A stretch of 45,234 bases of DNA from a bacterium. Its GTDB lineage: Bacteria > Patescibacteriota > CG2-30-54-11. Both the position numbers and the translations under genes were made by a program. Position 1 is the first letter of the stretch, and every line of letters begins with the position of its first letter. The stretch lies in the NCBI GenBank assembly GCA_029573015.1, contig JAKQHK010000077.1:1-45234 (forward strand), read 5' to 3'. Positions 28,646 to 39,328 of this stretch are shown here, piece after piece. The notes below the pieces were generated by a model that was given only the letters and a program-made list of their open reading frames with translations, made no database searches and was not told the DNA's origin.

Positions 28646-29707
28646 TTAATACAGAGGGAATCCGCCCATGATGATCTCAAACAATGCCCGGACGAGATGT
28701 TCGAGGTCAGCGAGATTTACCGAGGTTGCCTGATTGGCAAAGAAAACATTCTGCGCCGGATAGCCGATGGGATACACGTTCTGGGTCAATGAATACGCCA
28801 CGGTATCGTCTCCACGCGAGGCGTATATAGTATTTTCTCTCAGCACTATCCCCTGTTTCCCCAGTTCTCCTGCCCGTTTTTTCAGCCAGGCATAATTATG
28901 GGGAGGCATGACAACACCTTTACAGTTTGAAACTTTTTCGATGAAACGTGCCCCGCTCTCCTCCTGTGACGGCAGATCAGTACCCTGCGCATCAATCACC
29001 ACCGCCGCCTTCAGAAGCTGCGGATCAATGGTACGGGCAAACCTCTGGGCTCCGCGGCAAAAATGCGCATTCTCATAGGGCAACCCATTATCCTCATCAG
29101 TAAAAACAAAACTGATATCATGCTTGTAGCCGGCCGCCACCAATGCCTGCGCCAGCACTATTCCGATTGCCGCCCCGGCGGCATTATCGATAGAACCGAT
29201 GAGCACATCCCCCTGCCGCTCGATTTTATTTGCAAAAACAATCCGGTCTCCGTAGTGTACTTCTCCCTGCTCAACCATCATATACAGCTTGTCCTGACGA
29301 ACAAGTATCTCCCCATGGGCAACTTCGTCATAGCGCATAGTGTCCAGATTGAAACGCAAAGCCACGACTTTAATCCCGCTTGCTCCGCGATGGGCGCAGT
29401 ACTCTCTCAAGCGTATCTGCTCAGTACCCTCATTCTCAGCCAGATAGCTGTACTGGTCGAGATGATGAAACAGGATGATTCCCTGTCCCGGGGTATTGAT
29501 ACTGAGCAGCCCGTTTCCGGTCCGCTGCCAATCTGCATAAAAGGTGACACCCGGTTTTTCCATCAGTGGCGCAAGCAATTCTTCGACTTTGGGCAGTCGG
29601 CTGTACCGGATTCCCTGGCTGGGTGCATAAATATCACCGATGTCTTTGAGATGCCGGTAAATCGCTTCCCTGTGCAGATATGTGCTGTAGATTTCCTGAG
29701 TATCCAT
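28646..29707 (-). CDS. Divergent M28/M42-like zinc peptidase-fold protein
   Basis: HLD, IDNAAG, FTDED and VIDA motifs occur in the order expected for clan MH peptidases. The final His ligand is not evident. Confidence 0.55.
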   Translation of the reverse strand: MDTQEIYSTYLHREAIYRHLKDIGDIYAPSQGIRYSRLPKVEELLAPLMEKPGVTFYADWQRTGNGLLSINTPGQGIILFHHLDQYSYLAENEGTEQIRLREYCAHRGASGIKVVALRFNLDTMRYDEVAHGEILVRQDKLYMMVEQGEVHYGDRIVFANKIERQGDVLIGSIDNAAGAAIGIVLAQALVAAGYKHDISFVFTDEDNGLPYENAHFCRGAQRFARTIDPQLLKAAVVIDAQGTDLPSQEESGARFIEKVSNCKGVVMPPHNYAWLKKRAGELGKQGIVLRENTIYASRGDDTVAYSLTQNVYPIGYPAQNVFFANQATSVNLADLEHLVRALFEIIMGGFPLY

Positions 29708-29739
29708 GGCAAACCTCCCGCAGCTGATGAAGTAAACGC

Positions 29740-31005
29740 TTACAGATACCGTGATGCTTTGGCACCGATATCAGTACGGTAATGTTTGTTTTTAAAATCA
29801 ATTTTCTCGATCTCCCGATACGCTGTCGCAATAGCATCCGGCAGGGTATCTCCCAAAGCAGTAACTCCCAGCACCCTTCCACCGGACGTCACCACCTGTC
29901 CGTTATCCAGCGCCGTGCCGGCATGAAACACCAGAGCATTTTCAACTTTGTCCAAACCGCTGATCGGAAAACCCCGTTCAAATTTTTGCGGATAACCTCC
30001 GGACGCCATGGTCACATGGCAGGCATGCTGCGTGCTCCAGCGCAGGTCGACATCCGCCAGCTTTCGCTCTGCAACCGCCAGGCAGACATCTACAAGATCA
30101 CTTTCCAGCAAAGGAATTACTACCTGACATTCGGGATCACCAAAGCGTACATTGAACTCGAGCACATACGGCTCCCCCTTCACGATCATAAGACCAACAT
30201 AGAGCACGCCGCGAAAATCCATTTCTTCAGCCTGCATGCCAGCGATGATCCGGTCAAGAATTTGCTCTTTCACCTTTGCCATCAGTACATCCGTTACCAG
30301 AGGTGTCGGAGCATACACGCCCATACCACCGGTATTCAATCCCTGATCCCCATCGAGCGCGCGTTTGTGATCCTGGGAACTGACCATGGGCTTGATGGTC
30401 ACACCATCGCAAAAGCAAAGCAGGGTCGCTTCATCCCCCTCAAGGCGCTGTTCGATGACGCAAGTGGCACCGGCAGGACCAAATGCCCGGCGCTCCAGAA
30501 TATCATCGATCGCTGCGCAGGCTTCCTCCTTGTTTTTCGGGATCAACACACCTTTGCCCGCCGCCAGTCCGTCTGCCTTGACGACCACATCATACTCCAC
30601 ACTCTCAATATAGGCTTTAGCCTGCGCGGCATTAGAAAATACTTCGTAGGCTGCGGTTGGTATGGCATGTTTTTTCATGAATTGTTTGGCAAATGTTTTG
30701 CTCGCTTCCAGCTGGGCAGCCTGCTGCCTGGGTCCGAATATCTTCAAGCCCTGCCGCTCAAACACATCGGCTATGCCATCGGCAAGCGCCATTTCCGGCC
30801 CGACGACTGTCAACCCGATCTCGTTATCTATGGCGAAGCTAAGCAGTGAACCAATATAATCAACACCTGTCGAAATATTCTCAGCGATAGACGCTGTGCC
30901 GGCATTACCGGGAGCGCAGTAGATCTTTTCGATTTTCGGACTTTGCGCCAGCTTCCAGGCCAGAGTATGCTCACGTCCACCAGATCCAACCACGAGAGCC
31001 TTCAT
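29740..31005 (-). CDS. purD: Phosphoribosylamine--glycine ligase
   Basis: GSGGREH, APGNAG, VKADGLAAGKGV, QDHKR, NTGGMG, EFNVRFGDPE. Confidence 0.98.
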   Translation of the reverse strand: MKALVVGSGGREHTLAWKLAQSPKIEKIYCAPGNAGTASIAENISTGVDYIGSLLSFAIDNEIGLTVVGPEMALADGIADVFERQGLKIFGPRQQAAQLEASKTFAKQFMKKHAIPTAAYEVFSNAAQAKAYIESVEYDVVVKADGLAAGKGVLIPKNKEEACAAIDDILERRAFGPAGATCVIEQRLEGDEATLLCFCDGVTIKPMVSSQDHKRALDGDQGLNTGGMGVYAPTPLVTDVLMAKVKEQILDRIIAGMQAEEMDFRGVLYVGLMIVKGEPYVLEFNVRFGDPECQVVIPLLESDLVDVCLAVAERKLADVDLRWSTQHACHVTMASGGYPQKFERGFPISGLDKVENALVFHAGTALDNGQVVTSGGRVLGVTALGDTLPDAIATAYREIEKIDFKNKHYRTDIGAKASRYL

Positions 31006-31023
31006 GCTGCACCTCGACTAAAA

Positions 31024-31302
31024 TTAGACGTCAAGTATTTCCAATTTATCTTTATCAATAAAACTATGACAAAATCCACACGCTGTACATATAATATCTA
31101 TCTGACGGAAGTGCGACTTGTATAATAGCATGGAAGTAATAACTGCTTCATTGAGCTTGAACGCATCATGTCCGCAATTACGGCATTGCATCGCTTTTCC
31201 ATCTATCCTGACGTTAACGGCCTTCGAGGATGACAGCTTCTTTTTCTTTGATTGCTGATCCAAAGAAGCATCAACGCGATCTAACATTGATACCAGTTTC
31301 AT
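31024..31302 (-). CDS. Small zinc-ribbon protein
   Basis: CRNCG...F ... CTACGF. Confidence 0.65.
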   Translation of the reverse strand: MKLVSMLDRVDASLDQQSKKKKLSSSKAVNVRIDGKAMQCRNCGHDAFKLNEAVITSMLLYKSHFRQIDIICTACGFCHSFIDKDKLEILDV

Positions 31303-31311
31303 AGCGACTCG

Positions 31312-31590
31312 CTAATAGGAAAAATCCTGAGAAAAAGATTGCATATACCCACAGTAAGTACATACACAATAAAAACGGTAGACACGATTCTTTAATCTCC
31401 CCCAAAGACCACCCCCAAGACGACCCATATACGGAATGATATCAAAACGCTCCTTGGTACAAAAAGGACATGTCAACTTCTGACCGCTGATTACGGGAGA
31501 ATCAATATTTCTCAAGCCATGATGTTCCTGATTGATTCTATCAATCAGTTCATTGTTCCGCTCAACATATACAAGATCGACGTGCAGCAT
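31312..31590 (-). CDS. Small zinc-ribbon protein
   Basis: LTCPFC...F ... CTYCGY...F. Confidence 0.65.
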   Translation of the reverse strand: MLHVDLVYVERNNELIDRINQEHHGLRNIDSPVISGQKLTCPFCTKERFDIIPYMGRLGGGLWGRLKNRVYRFYCVCTYCGYMQSFSQDFSY

Positions 31591-31593
31591 ATA

Positions 31594-32280
31594 TCAAAAA
31601 TGCATTAAGCTGAAAATAATACTCAAACCAAGCGCTGGCAGGAAACTGATTACCTTGATCTTTTTAACTTCCAGAATATTCAGGCCGATACCGACTACCA
31701 TGATTCCACCTACTGCCACCAGCTGGTCTAGCATATACGGAGTGAAAAAATGTTGCAACTGCCCGGCACCCAGAGTCAGCCCTCCCTGAATCAGCAGGAT
31801 GGGCAGACTTGAGAATGCGACGCCGATACCATAGATAGAAGCCAAAGCAATAGAAGCCACTCCGTCAAGCGTTGATTTGGTTATCAGCAGCGCCCGGCTG
31901 CCCGTGAGAGCTTCTTCCAGCGGGCCGAGGATGACAAAGGAGCCGATACCATAAAGCATGAAAGCAGTAACAAATCCCTCGGTAAAACGGGGATCACTGC
32001 TCCGAAGTATCCGTTTGAGCCAGTTTCCAAACTTCTCCGCCTTAGCCTCCAATGCCACTGCTTCACCGATAGCACCACCCAGAGTCAAACTGAGGATGAT
32101 CGGTAATGGATCTGTTCCCTTGAAAAACATCTGTATCCCGAGGCACAGGGTTATCATGCCGAGCGCCTGGAAAACAACCGTTTTAATACGATCTGGAAAA
32201 AGTCTGCTGAAATACGTGCCGATCAACGCACCGACGATGATAGCGCCGGCATTCACTATCGAACCAACGGGTATGATCAT
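31594..32280 (-). CDS. DUF554-family membrane protein
   Basis: GSIVN...IIVG, GGAIGE, EGFVTA, G...ILG, KSTLDG, GIGVAFS, IQG.LT. Confidence 0.9.
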   Translation of the reverse strand: MIIPVGSIVNAGAIIVGALIGTYFSRLFPDRIKTVVFQALGMITLCLGIQMFFKGTDPLPIILSLTLGGAIGEAVALEAKAEKFGNWLKRILRSSDPRFTEGFVTAFMLYGIGSFVILGPLEEALTGSRALLITKSTLDGVASIALASIYGIGVAFSSLPILLIQGGLTLGAGQLQHFFTPYMLDQLVAVGGIMVVGIGLNILEVKKIKVISFLPALGLSIIFSLMHF

Positions 32281-32284
32281 ACGC

Positions 32285-33628
32285 CTATCCTTCCTCACAG
32301 CCAGCTAACGTTTCCGCCAGTCCAATGTATCGATCCGGCGAAAGACTTTTTAACTCTTTTTTAACAGGAGCGGAAACCGACAATCCTTCGATCCAGGCAT
32401 GCAATGATGCCATTGTAACACTGCCCCCCCGGGTTAGTTCTTTAAGCTTTTCATACGCCTGCTCATCCCCCTCTCGTCGCAGAATCGTCTGAATGGCCTC
32501 AGCAAGTACCTCGGGATGCGCTTGAACGATTTCGCGCATGACCGCAGTATTGACTTTGATTTTTTGCAAGCCTTTGAGGCAATTATCATAGCCGAGCAAG
32601 CAGTAAGCGAGATATGAACCGATGTTCCGCTGCACAGTGCTATCAGTCAGATCGCGCTGCATGCGCGAGATGAGCAGCTTGTCTGCGAGAAACTTCAAGC
32701 CTTCATTCGCCAGTTGCAGATTGCCCTCGCTGTTTTCAAAATTAATCGGATTTACTTTGTGCGGCATAGTTGAGGAACCGACTTCCCCGGCTTTTGGCTT
32801 CTGACCCAGCCAGCCATCGCTGATATAGCGCCAGATGTCCTGATTGAATCCGATCAGAACCGTATTAAACCGCACGATAGCATGAAAGAGCTGTGCCCAA
32901 CTGTCATGATTCTCGATCTGGGTCACGAGCGGATTGTGTTCCAGCCCGAGGCTTTCGACGAATTCGCGTGCAAATACCGGCCAGTCCACATCAGGAAAGG
33001 CTACCTGATGAGCGTTATAATTTCCTGTCGCGCCAGCAAGTTTGCCGCAGATTGGCGTGCGTGTTATCTCATCTAGATGAGAGGAAAGGCGGTGCACAAA
33101 AACTGCCATTTCCTTGCCAAAGGTTGTCGGCGACGCCGGCTGACCATGTGTACGTGCGAGCATCACATCTCGAGCATGCTTTTCCGCAAGACGCTCAATC
33201 ACACCGACCAGCTCCTCCATGCGCGGCAGAATAACAGCAGTCAACGCATCCCGGATCATCAGGCCATAGGCAAGATTATTCACATCCTCTGAGGTTAATG
33301 CAAAATGCGTCCATTGCTTGAGATGACCAAGCCCTGCGTTATCAAGCTTTTCACGAAGCAGATACTCTACTGCTTTGACATCGTGATTGGTCTTCTCCTC
33401 GATCTTTTTCACTCGCTTCGCATCTGCGAGCGTCAGCTCAGCAGAAACTGTCTTGAACACTTTCCGGGAAAACTTCACGTGGACAACAGGGAACAATGCC
33501 TGCAGATACGCGACTTCCACGCGATAGCGATAGGATATGAGCGCGTACTCAGAAAAAAACTGCCCGAGCGGTTCAGTCGACTTCTCATAGCGACCGTCGA
33601 GGGGGCTTACAGATTGTAATGCAAACAT
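32285..33628 (-). CDS. purB: Adenylosuccinate lyase
   Basis: SPLDGRY, TNHDVKAVEY, HFALTSED, ARTHGQPA, GSSTMPHKVNPINFEN, SRMQRDLTDS. Confidence 0.97.
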   Translation of the reverse strand: MFALQSVSPLDGRYEKSTEPLGQFFSEYALISYRYRVEVAYLQALFPVVHVKFSRKVFKTVSAELTLADAKRVKKIEEKTNHDVKAVEYLLREKLDNAGLGHLKQWTHFALTSEDVNNLAYGLMIRDALTAVILPRMEELVGVIERLAEKHARDVMLARTHGQPASPTTFGKEMAVFVHRLSSHLDEITRTPICGKLAGATGNYNAHQVAFPDVDWPVFAREFVESLGLEHNPLVTQIENHDSWAQLFHAIVRFNTVLIGFNQDIWRYISDGWLGQKPKAGEVGSSTMPHKVNPINFENSEGNLQLANEGLKFLADKLLISRMQRDLTDSTVQRNIGSYLAYCLLGYDNCLKGLQKIKVNTAVMREIVQAHPEVLAEAIQTILRREGDEQAYEKLKELTRGGSVTMASLHAWIEGLSVSAPVKKELKSLSPDRYIGLAETLAGCEEG

Positions 33629-33700
33629 CTCACACCTATAACATATTAAATAATTTGTCTGATAGAAAGTGGTAATAACATGCATTTAAGCCATATGTCA

Positions 33701-34468
33701 TTATTTCATACCAATTTTATGTATATCACTGGGGTTATTTGTCAACACATATCTTCCATCACGAATAGGTAAAAAATATTGCCTGTATCTATTAATAATC
33801 GGCAATAAACGATCAGAAGTATAACCAACTAATGCTACAAGTTCCTCAATCGTGAATCCTGTCCGTGCTCGATCCCACATATGGATTAGAAGAATCAAAC
33901 CTGCTCCATCCCTGATATCGTTCCAGAAAGCCTGAGGCTCTCCATAATGCCAGGCAGGATTATCACCTTCGCCTACTAGCCTCGCGATGATCATACTTTT
34001 AGGATCAAACCCTTCACGCTGTAGCTCCCCCCATCTTTTTCCACCAACGGCATAATCCCGTATGCGTGCTGCTTTGGCCAGCCAGCTCTGGATGAAGCGT
34101 ACAGGATACCCGAGATACCCAGCAACTTCCTCTCCAGTATGAGTTTGACCCATGGTGTGCAAAATTGTCAGAAACTCGCGTTCACCGATTACCCGATAAT
34201 AACGATCAGGATCTTCAACAATCACTTCACGAGCATGTCTCGATGCCTTTTTTCTCTTATTTGCATAAATAATGATATATCCTTGTTCAACGAGAATTGC
34301 TAATCGGTCGATCGCTAAATGTGTATCAATTCCATATTGTGCTACCCTCAGCAAAATCTCATCACGAGTCGTGCCTGTAGAGCATTCCAGCAATATATGA
34401 TCGATTTTTTCTTCATCAATCTGAACAGCTTCAAGATTTATAGTAACATCAGCCATAGTATCAATCAT
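33701..34468 (-). CDS. Hypothetical protein, possibly tandem winged-helix domains
   Basis: Intact 255 aa ORF with three HTH-like segments (GTTRDEI, HTGEEVAGYLGY, GFTIEELVALVGY). Confidence 0.55.
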   Translation of the reverse strand: MIDTMADVTINLEAVQIDEEKIDHILLECSTGTTRDEILLRVAQYGIDTHLAIDRLAILVEQGYIIIYANKRKKASRHAREVIVEDPDRYYRVIGEREFLTILHTMGQTHTGEEVAGYLGYPVRFIQSWLAKAARIRDYAVGGKRWGELQREGFDPKSMIIARLVGEGDNPAWHYGEPQAFWNDIRDGAGLILLIHMWDRARTGFTIEELVALVGYTSDRLLPIINRYRQYFLPIRDGRYVLTNNPSDIHKIGMK

Positions 34469-34584
34469 GGTTTATGATAAAATTGTAACATTTATCCAAA
34501 AAATCGCGTAATAACCAGTGCTTCATTAATGGTAATGTACATAAGTAAATGACCAAATCGCTTAAAATATAACCCGCTTCGATA

Positions 34585-36157
<1,573 letters not shown>

Positions 36158-36172
36158 AAATAATTTTACTTG

Positions 36173-36751
36173 CTATATTAGATATGTTCTAGCGTTTTTC
36201 AGAACCGCATAGAGCTTAACATCCCGATACTCACCCTTGATAAGATCCCACTGCCTGAGTGTTCCCTCGTACTGCATGCCTGCTTTCTCCATGACGCGAG
36301 CAGACCCGATATTGGGGACATCACAGCGCGCCTGGATTCGGTTGAGCCCGAGCGTCTCGAAACCGAAGTTAATCGCGGCTTTGACAGCTTCGGTCATCAA
36401 TCCTTTTCCCCAGTACGATCGGGACATAGCGTAGCCGATCTCAGCCCGATTATGCTCCCTGATGATTTCCATAAAACCGCAAGTGCCGATGAATGTACTG
36501 CTTTCCTTAAGCTCCATGCCCCAGTTTTCCGGTTCTCCCTTATCATATCTGCTTAAAACATACTCCAGAAATTTCCTGGAATCATCAACTGACTGATGCG
36601 GCGTCCAAGTTAAATACCTTGTCACCTGCTCGTCAGCAGCATAGTCAAACATATCTTCTGCATCTGACAGCTTCATGCTACGCAAGAGCAGGTGCTCTGT
36701 CTCAAGCGTTGGCAAATTCTTAAATATTTCTGCTATCGCTGTTTCTAGCAT
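36173..36751 (-). CDS. RimJ/RimL-type GNAT N-acetyltransferase
   Basis: LPTLETEHLLLR, AEIGY, YWGKGLMTEA, N.GS.RVMEKAGM.YEG.LR. Confidence 0.93.
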   Translation of the reverse strand: MLETAIAEIFKNLPTLETEHLLLRSMKLSDAEDMFDYAADEQVTRYLTWTPHQSVDDSRKFLEYVLSRYDKGEPENWGMELKESSTFIGTCGFMEIIREHNRAEIGYAMSRSYWGKGLMTEAVKAAINFGFETLGLNRIQARCDVPNIGSARVMEKAGMQYEGTLRQWDLIKGEYRDVKLYAVLKNARTYLI

Positions 36752-36790
36752 GATACGCTTTCTTTCAGCTGATCCTTTTCTTTAGCAATC

Positions 36791-37318
36791 TCATTTCTTG
36801 ACACTTATAGCATTCCAAAAATCTCTCCACCCACCACCCATCGCAGCCGAAGCAAACACAAGCAATCCTGTTGCGATCATTACGTAAAATCCATAGCTCA
36901 TATGCTGGCTGGCAGCGACGTAATATATGGATTTATTAGGAAGAGCTATATAGCGAAATAACGGAATTAAAATCATGCCTTTGCCACAGATCAAAACCAG
37001 CATGGCTTTAGATATCGGCAAACGAACTGCTTGATAGAACAATCCCGATGCAGCAATAAAAACTACCACAATCGGGACCAAAAAGCCCCCTACTGCCCAG
37101 CCAGTTCCCATATCAAACATCGAAAAATTTGTATTTTCAACTTTTAAAATCGCCGCCATATCTAACTGATCTGAATTAAAAGCAGTGAATGGTTTAAACA
37201 AAGCAATTACATATACCAAACAACTCAGTATTGCTAAAACCTCCCAGTGCTTGAGAAAGTTTGGAATCAAATTCGGTACTTGATAATCATCGTGTTCATC
37301 TGTAGATTCAGCGGTCAT
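36791..37318 (-). CDS. Hypothetical four-TM membrane protein
   Basis: Four hydrophobic segments; AT-rich; ATG 37318 lies just after the purC-purE stop. Confidence 0.6.
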   Translation of the reverse strand: MTAESTDEHDDYQVPNLIPNFLKHWEVLAILSCLVYVIALFKPFTAFNSDQLDMAAILKVENTNFSMFDMGTGWAVGGFLVPIVVVFIAASGLFYQAVRLPISKAMLVLICGKGMILIPLFRYIALPNKSIYYVAASQHMSYGFYVMIATGLLVFASAAMGGGWRDFWNAISVKK

Positions 37319-37343
37319 GCTATATATCCGATTTAATATAATA

Positions 37344-38696
37344 TTAGGATAAGCCCAAAATCCGTTTCGCCGCCAGCGCCGCATTACCGGGATCTATCAC
37401 CGTCATCACCGGCACGTTGGACGGCATCTGCAAGGAGGAATGAATATTGACGAGGTAATCCGACTTGTCCGCAAAGGGCGGGCAGGCAATCACCGGATGG
37501 CGGCTCGCTCCGGCTACCACCCCGGACAGGGCGTTGGATCGGCCAGCAATGGTGATATAGACCACCGGTTCCTCGGCTTCATTAAGCTGACGGACCCGAT
37601 TAAGCACCAGATCAGGCACTTTGTGCGCTGAGGCGGCAAGCACATCAACCACAATATCCTCACTGGCTAAACCGGCAATAATCTTGTCAGCGTGGGGCCG
37701 ATCGCTTTCACTCCCCATGATGATCTGCACAAATTTTCCTTTAAGCAATCCCTCTTTTTTCAACGCCCGGCGCAAACGGCAAAGCGGATTGGCAGGATTG
37801 TCTCCTCCCCTATCCAACGTTTGGCCAGTAATTTTTTCATAGAGCGTAATGTATACATTGGAAAATCGTTCGATAAGCTCATCCGGTATTTCCGGCATCG
37901 GACCATCCCCCATGAAGCCTTGATCTCTCAGCCAGATGCGCAGGAATTCTTTGTCATAATATTCCGGTTCTTCGCCGCGTGCAAAACGCTGTTCATACGT
38001 ATCAGCTATCCAGTAGCGGGAGGAATCGGGTGTATGCACTTCATCGATAACCATGATATTCCCCTCAGCATCCTCCCCGAATTCATACTTGGTGTCTACA
38101 AGGATCAAACCGCGTTTGGCCGCGACTTCCTGACCGCGCTTGAACAAGGCGATCGCGTACTCCTCGATCTTCTGCCATTTTGCTGCGGCAACAATACCGC
38201 GCTCAATGATCTCCTTGCTGGAAATCTTCTGGTCATGTCCTGAAACTTCTTTCGTTGTCGGGGTGATGATGGGCTCAGGTAATTTGGCATTCTTTTTCAA
38301 GCCCTCAGGCAAGGTATGCCCACAGTACTCACGTTCGCCACGTTCATACGCATACCATGCTGATGTCGTCGTGACTCCGGTGATATACCCGCGCACGATG
38401 ACTTCGACCGGAAAGGGCTTGGCATCTTTGACGATCATGGCGTTGGGGTCGATCACCTTGATAACATGGTTGGGGACGACATCTTTGGTCTGGTCGAACC
38501 AGAAAGCGGAAATTTGATTCAGAACCTGCCCCTTGTAGGGTACTTCCGCCAGGATGCAGTCAAACGCTGACTGGCGGTCAGTGGCGATTATCAACCGCTG
38601 ACCATCAGCCAGACGATAATTCTCACGTACTTTTCCGCTATAGAAGTCCGGCAGCTCCGGGAAATAAGCTTTTTTAAGCGTGGGACCGAGTGACAT
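37344..38696 (-). CDS. purC: Bifunctional SAICAR synthetase / AIR carboxylase (purC-purE fusion)
   Basis: N-domain: YSGKVRE, TDRQSAFD, PVEVIVRGY, LVDTKYEFG, DEVHTPDSSRYW. C-domain: IIMGSESD, SAHK, AGRSNAL, PVIACPP, SSLQMPS. Confidence 0.95.
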   Translation of the reverse strand: MSLGPTLKKAYFPELPDFYSGKVRENYRLADGQRLIIATDRQSAFDCILAEVPYKGQVLNQISAFWFDQTKDVVPNHVIKVIDPNAMIVKDAKPFPVEVIVRGYITGVTTTSAWYAYERGEREYCGHTLPEGLKKNAKLPEPIITPTTKEVSGHDQKISSKEIIERGIVAAAKWQKIEEYAIALFKRGQEVAAKRGLILVDTKYEFGEDAEGNIMVIDEVHTPDSSRYWIADTYEQRFARGEEPEYYDKEFLRIWLRDQGFMGDGPMPEIPDELIERFSNVYITLYEKITGQTLDRGGDNPANPLCRLRRALKKEGLLKGKFVQIIMGSESDRPHADKIIAGLASEDIVVDVLAASAHKVPDLVLNRVRQLNEAEEPVVYITIAGRSNALSGVVAGASRHPVIACPPFADKSDYLVNIHSSLQMPSNVPVMTVIDPGNAALAAKRILGLS

Positions 38697-38718
38697 GGAG
38701 CTCTCCTTTAATTAATTT

Positions 38719-38764
38719 GATCTGAGTTATCGCGAGTTTGTAACTCGCAACATGAAGTTTGTAA
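38719..38764. repeat. REP-like palindromic repeat, left copy
   Basis: GATCTGAGTTATCGCGAGTTTGTAACTCGC (30 bp, identical to 39278-39307), then 8 nt and GTTTGTAA. Confidence 0.9.
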
Positions 38765-38833
38765 TTTCTCATACTCTGCCTACACAATTATTTCCTAACG
38801 CGTTAAATCATTATTGCTATTCATCCACATCCC

Positions 38834-38862
38834 TTGACAGTAGTAGTAGTAGTAGTTAAAAT
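38834..38862 (+). promoter_or_regulatory. Sigma70-type promoter with (AGT)6 microsatellite spacer
   Basis: TTGACA-GTAGTAGTAGTAGTAGT (17 bp)-TAAAAT, upstream of an AAGGAG RBS and ATG 38910. Confidence 0.8.
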
Positions 38863-38909
38863 ATAAAGAAACGTAAAACAAAAATTAATGAAACAAAAAA
38901 GGAGAAAAA

Positions 38910-39206
38910 ATGGCTATCGGAGATAGTGACTGTGATAAGGAACAATTAAGGGAATTTCACGAAGGACAAGTTAAAAAAGCACTTGATAAGTTGTTAAATA
39001 ACCCCGAAGAAGCTGCCCAGGAAAGTAATCGCCTGGCATTAGTAGGTGCAATACGTGACTTAATGACTGCTAATGGATTACAATGGCTACGCCCATCAGG
39101 CTCTGAAGAACAATGGCAACAACAATTTATGCAAATTCCTGAATCATCCCAAAGAATCCTACAGGAAGCCATTATAATAAATAGACAAATGTTAGGCATA
39201 ATGTAA
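38910..39206 (+). CDS. Orphan 98 aa predicted-helical protein
   Basis: AAGGAG RBS 5 nt before ATG, own promoter, AT-rich. The only credible plus-strand gene inside the pur cluster. Confidence 0.75.
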   Translation: MAIGDSDCDKEQLREFHEGQVKKALDKLLNNPEEAAQESNRLALVGAIRDLMTANGLQWLRPSGSEEQWQQQFMQIPESSQRILQEAIIINRQMLGIM

Positions 39207-39255
39207 CTAGTACTTTTTTAGGAATGTTTCACACGGAATGAGTCACAGACTCCTC

Positions 39256-39326
39256 CTTGCGAGTTACAAACTCGCAAGATCTGAGTTATCGCGAGTTTGT
39301 AACTCGCGATAAAAGGTTTGTAACCT
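39256..39326. repeat. REP-like palindromic repeat cluster, right copy
   Basis: CTTGCGAGTT-ACA-AACTCGCAAG (39256-39278, inverted unit), TTATCGCGAGTT-TGT-AACTCGCGATAA (39286-39312), then AGGTT-TGT-AACCT. Confidence 0.9.
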
Positions 39327-39328
39327 GC

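Noticed and set aside
29063..30849. Consecutive 239 aa and 355 aa plus-strand ORFs
   Set aside because: Antisense to purD and the peptidase-like gene; explained by codon bias, no motifs.
38719..39326. CRISPR array or integron attC interpretation of the 30 bp repeats
   Set aside because: Only two direct copies 559 bp apart, no regular spacers or cas genes, no RYYYAAC/GTTRRRY box arrangement and no integrase in the window.
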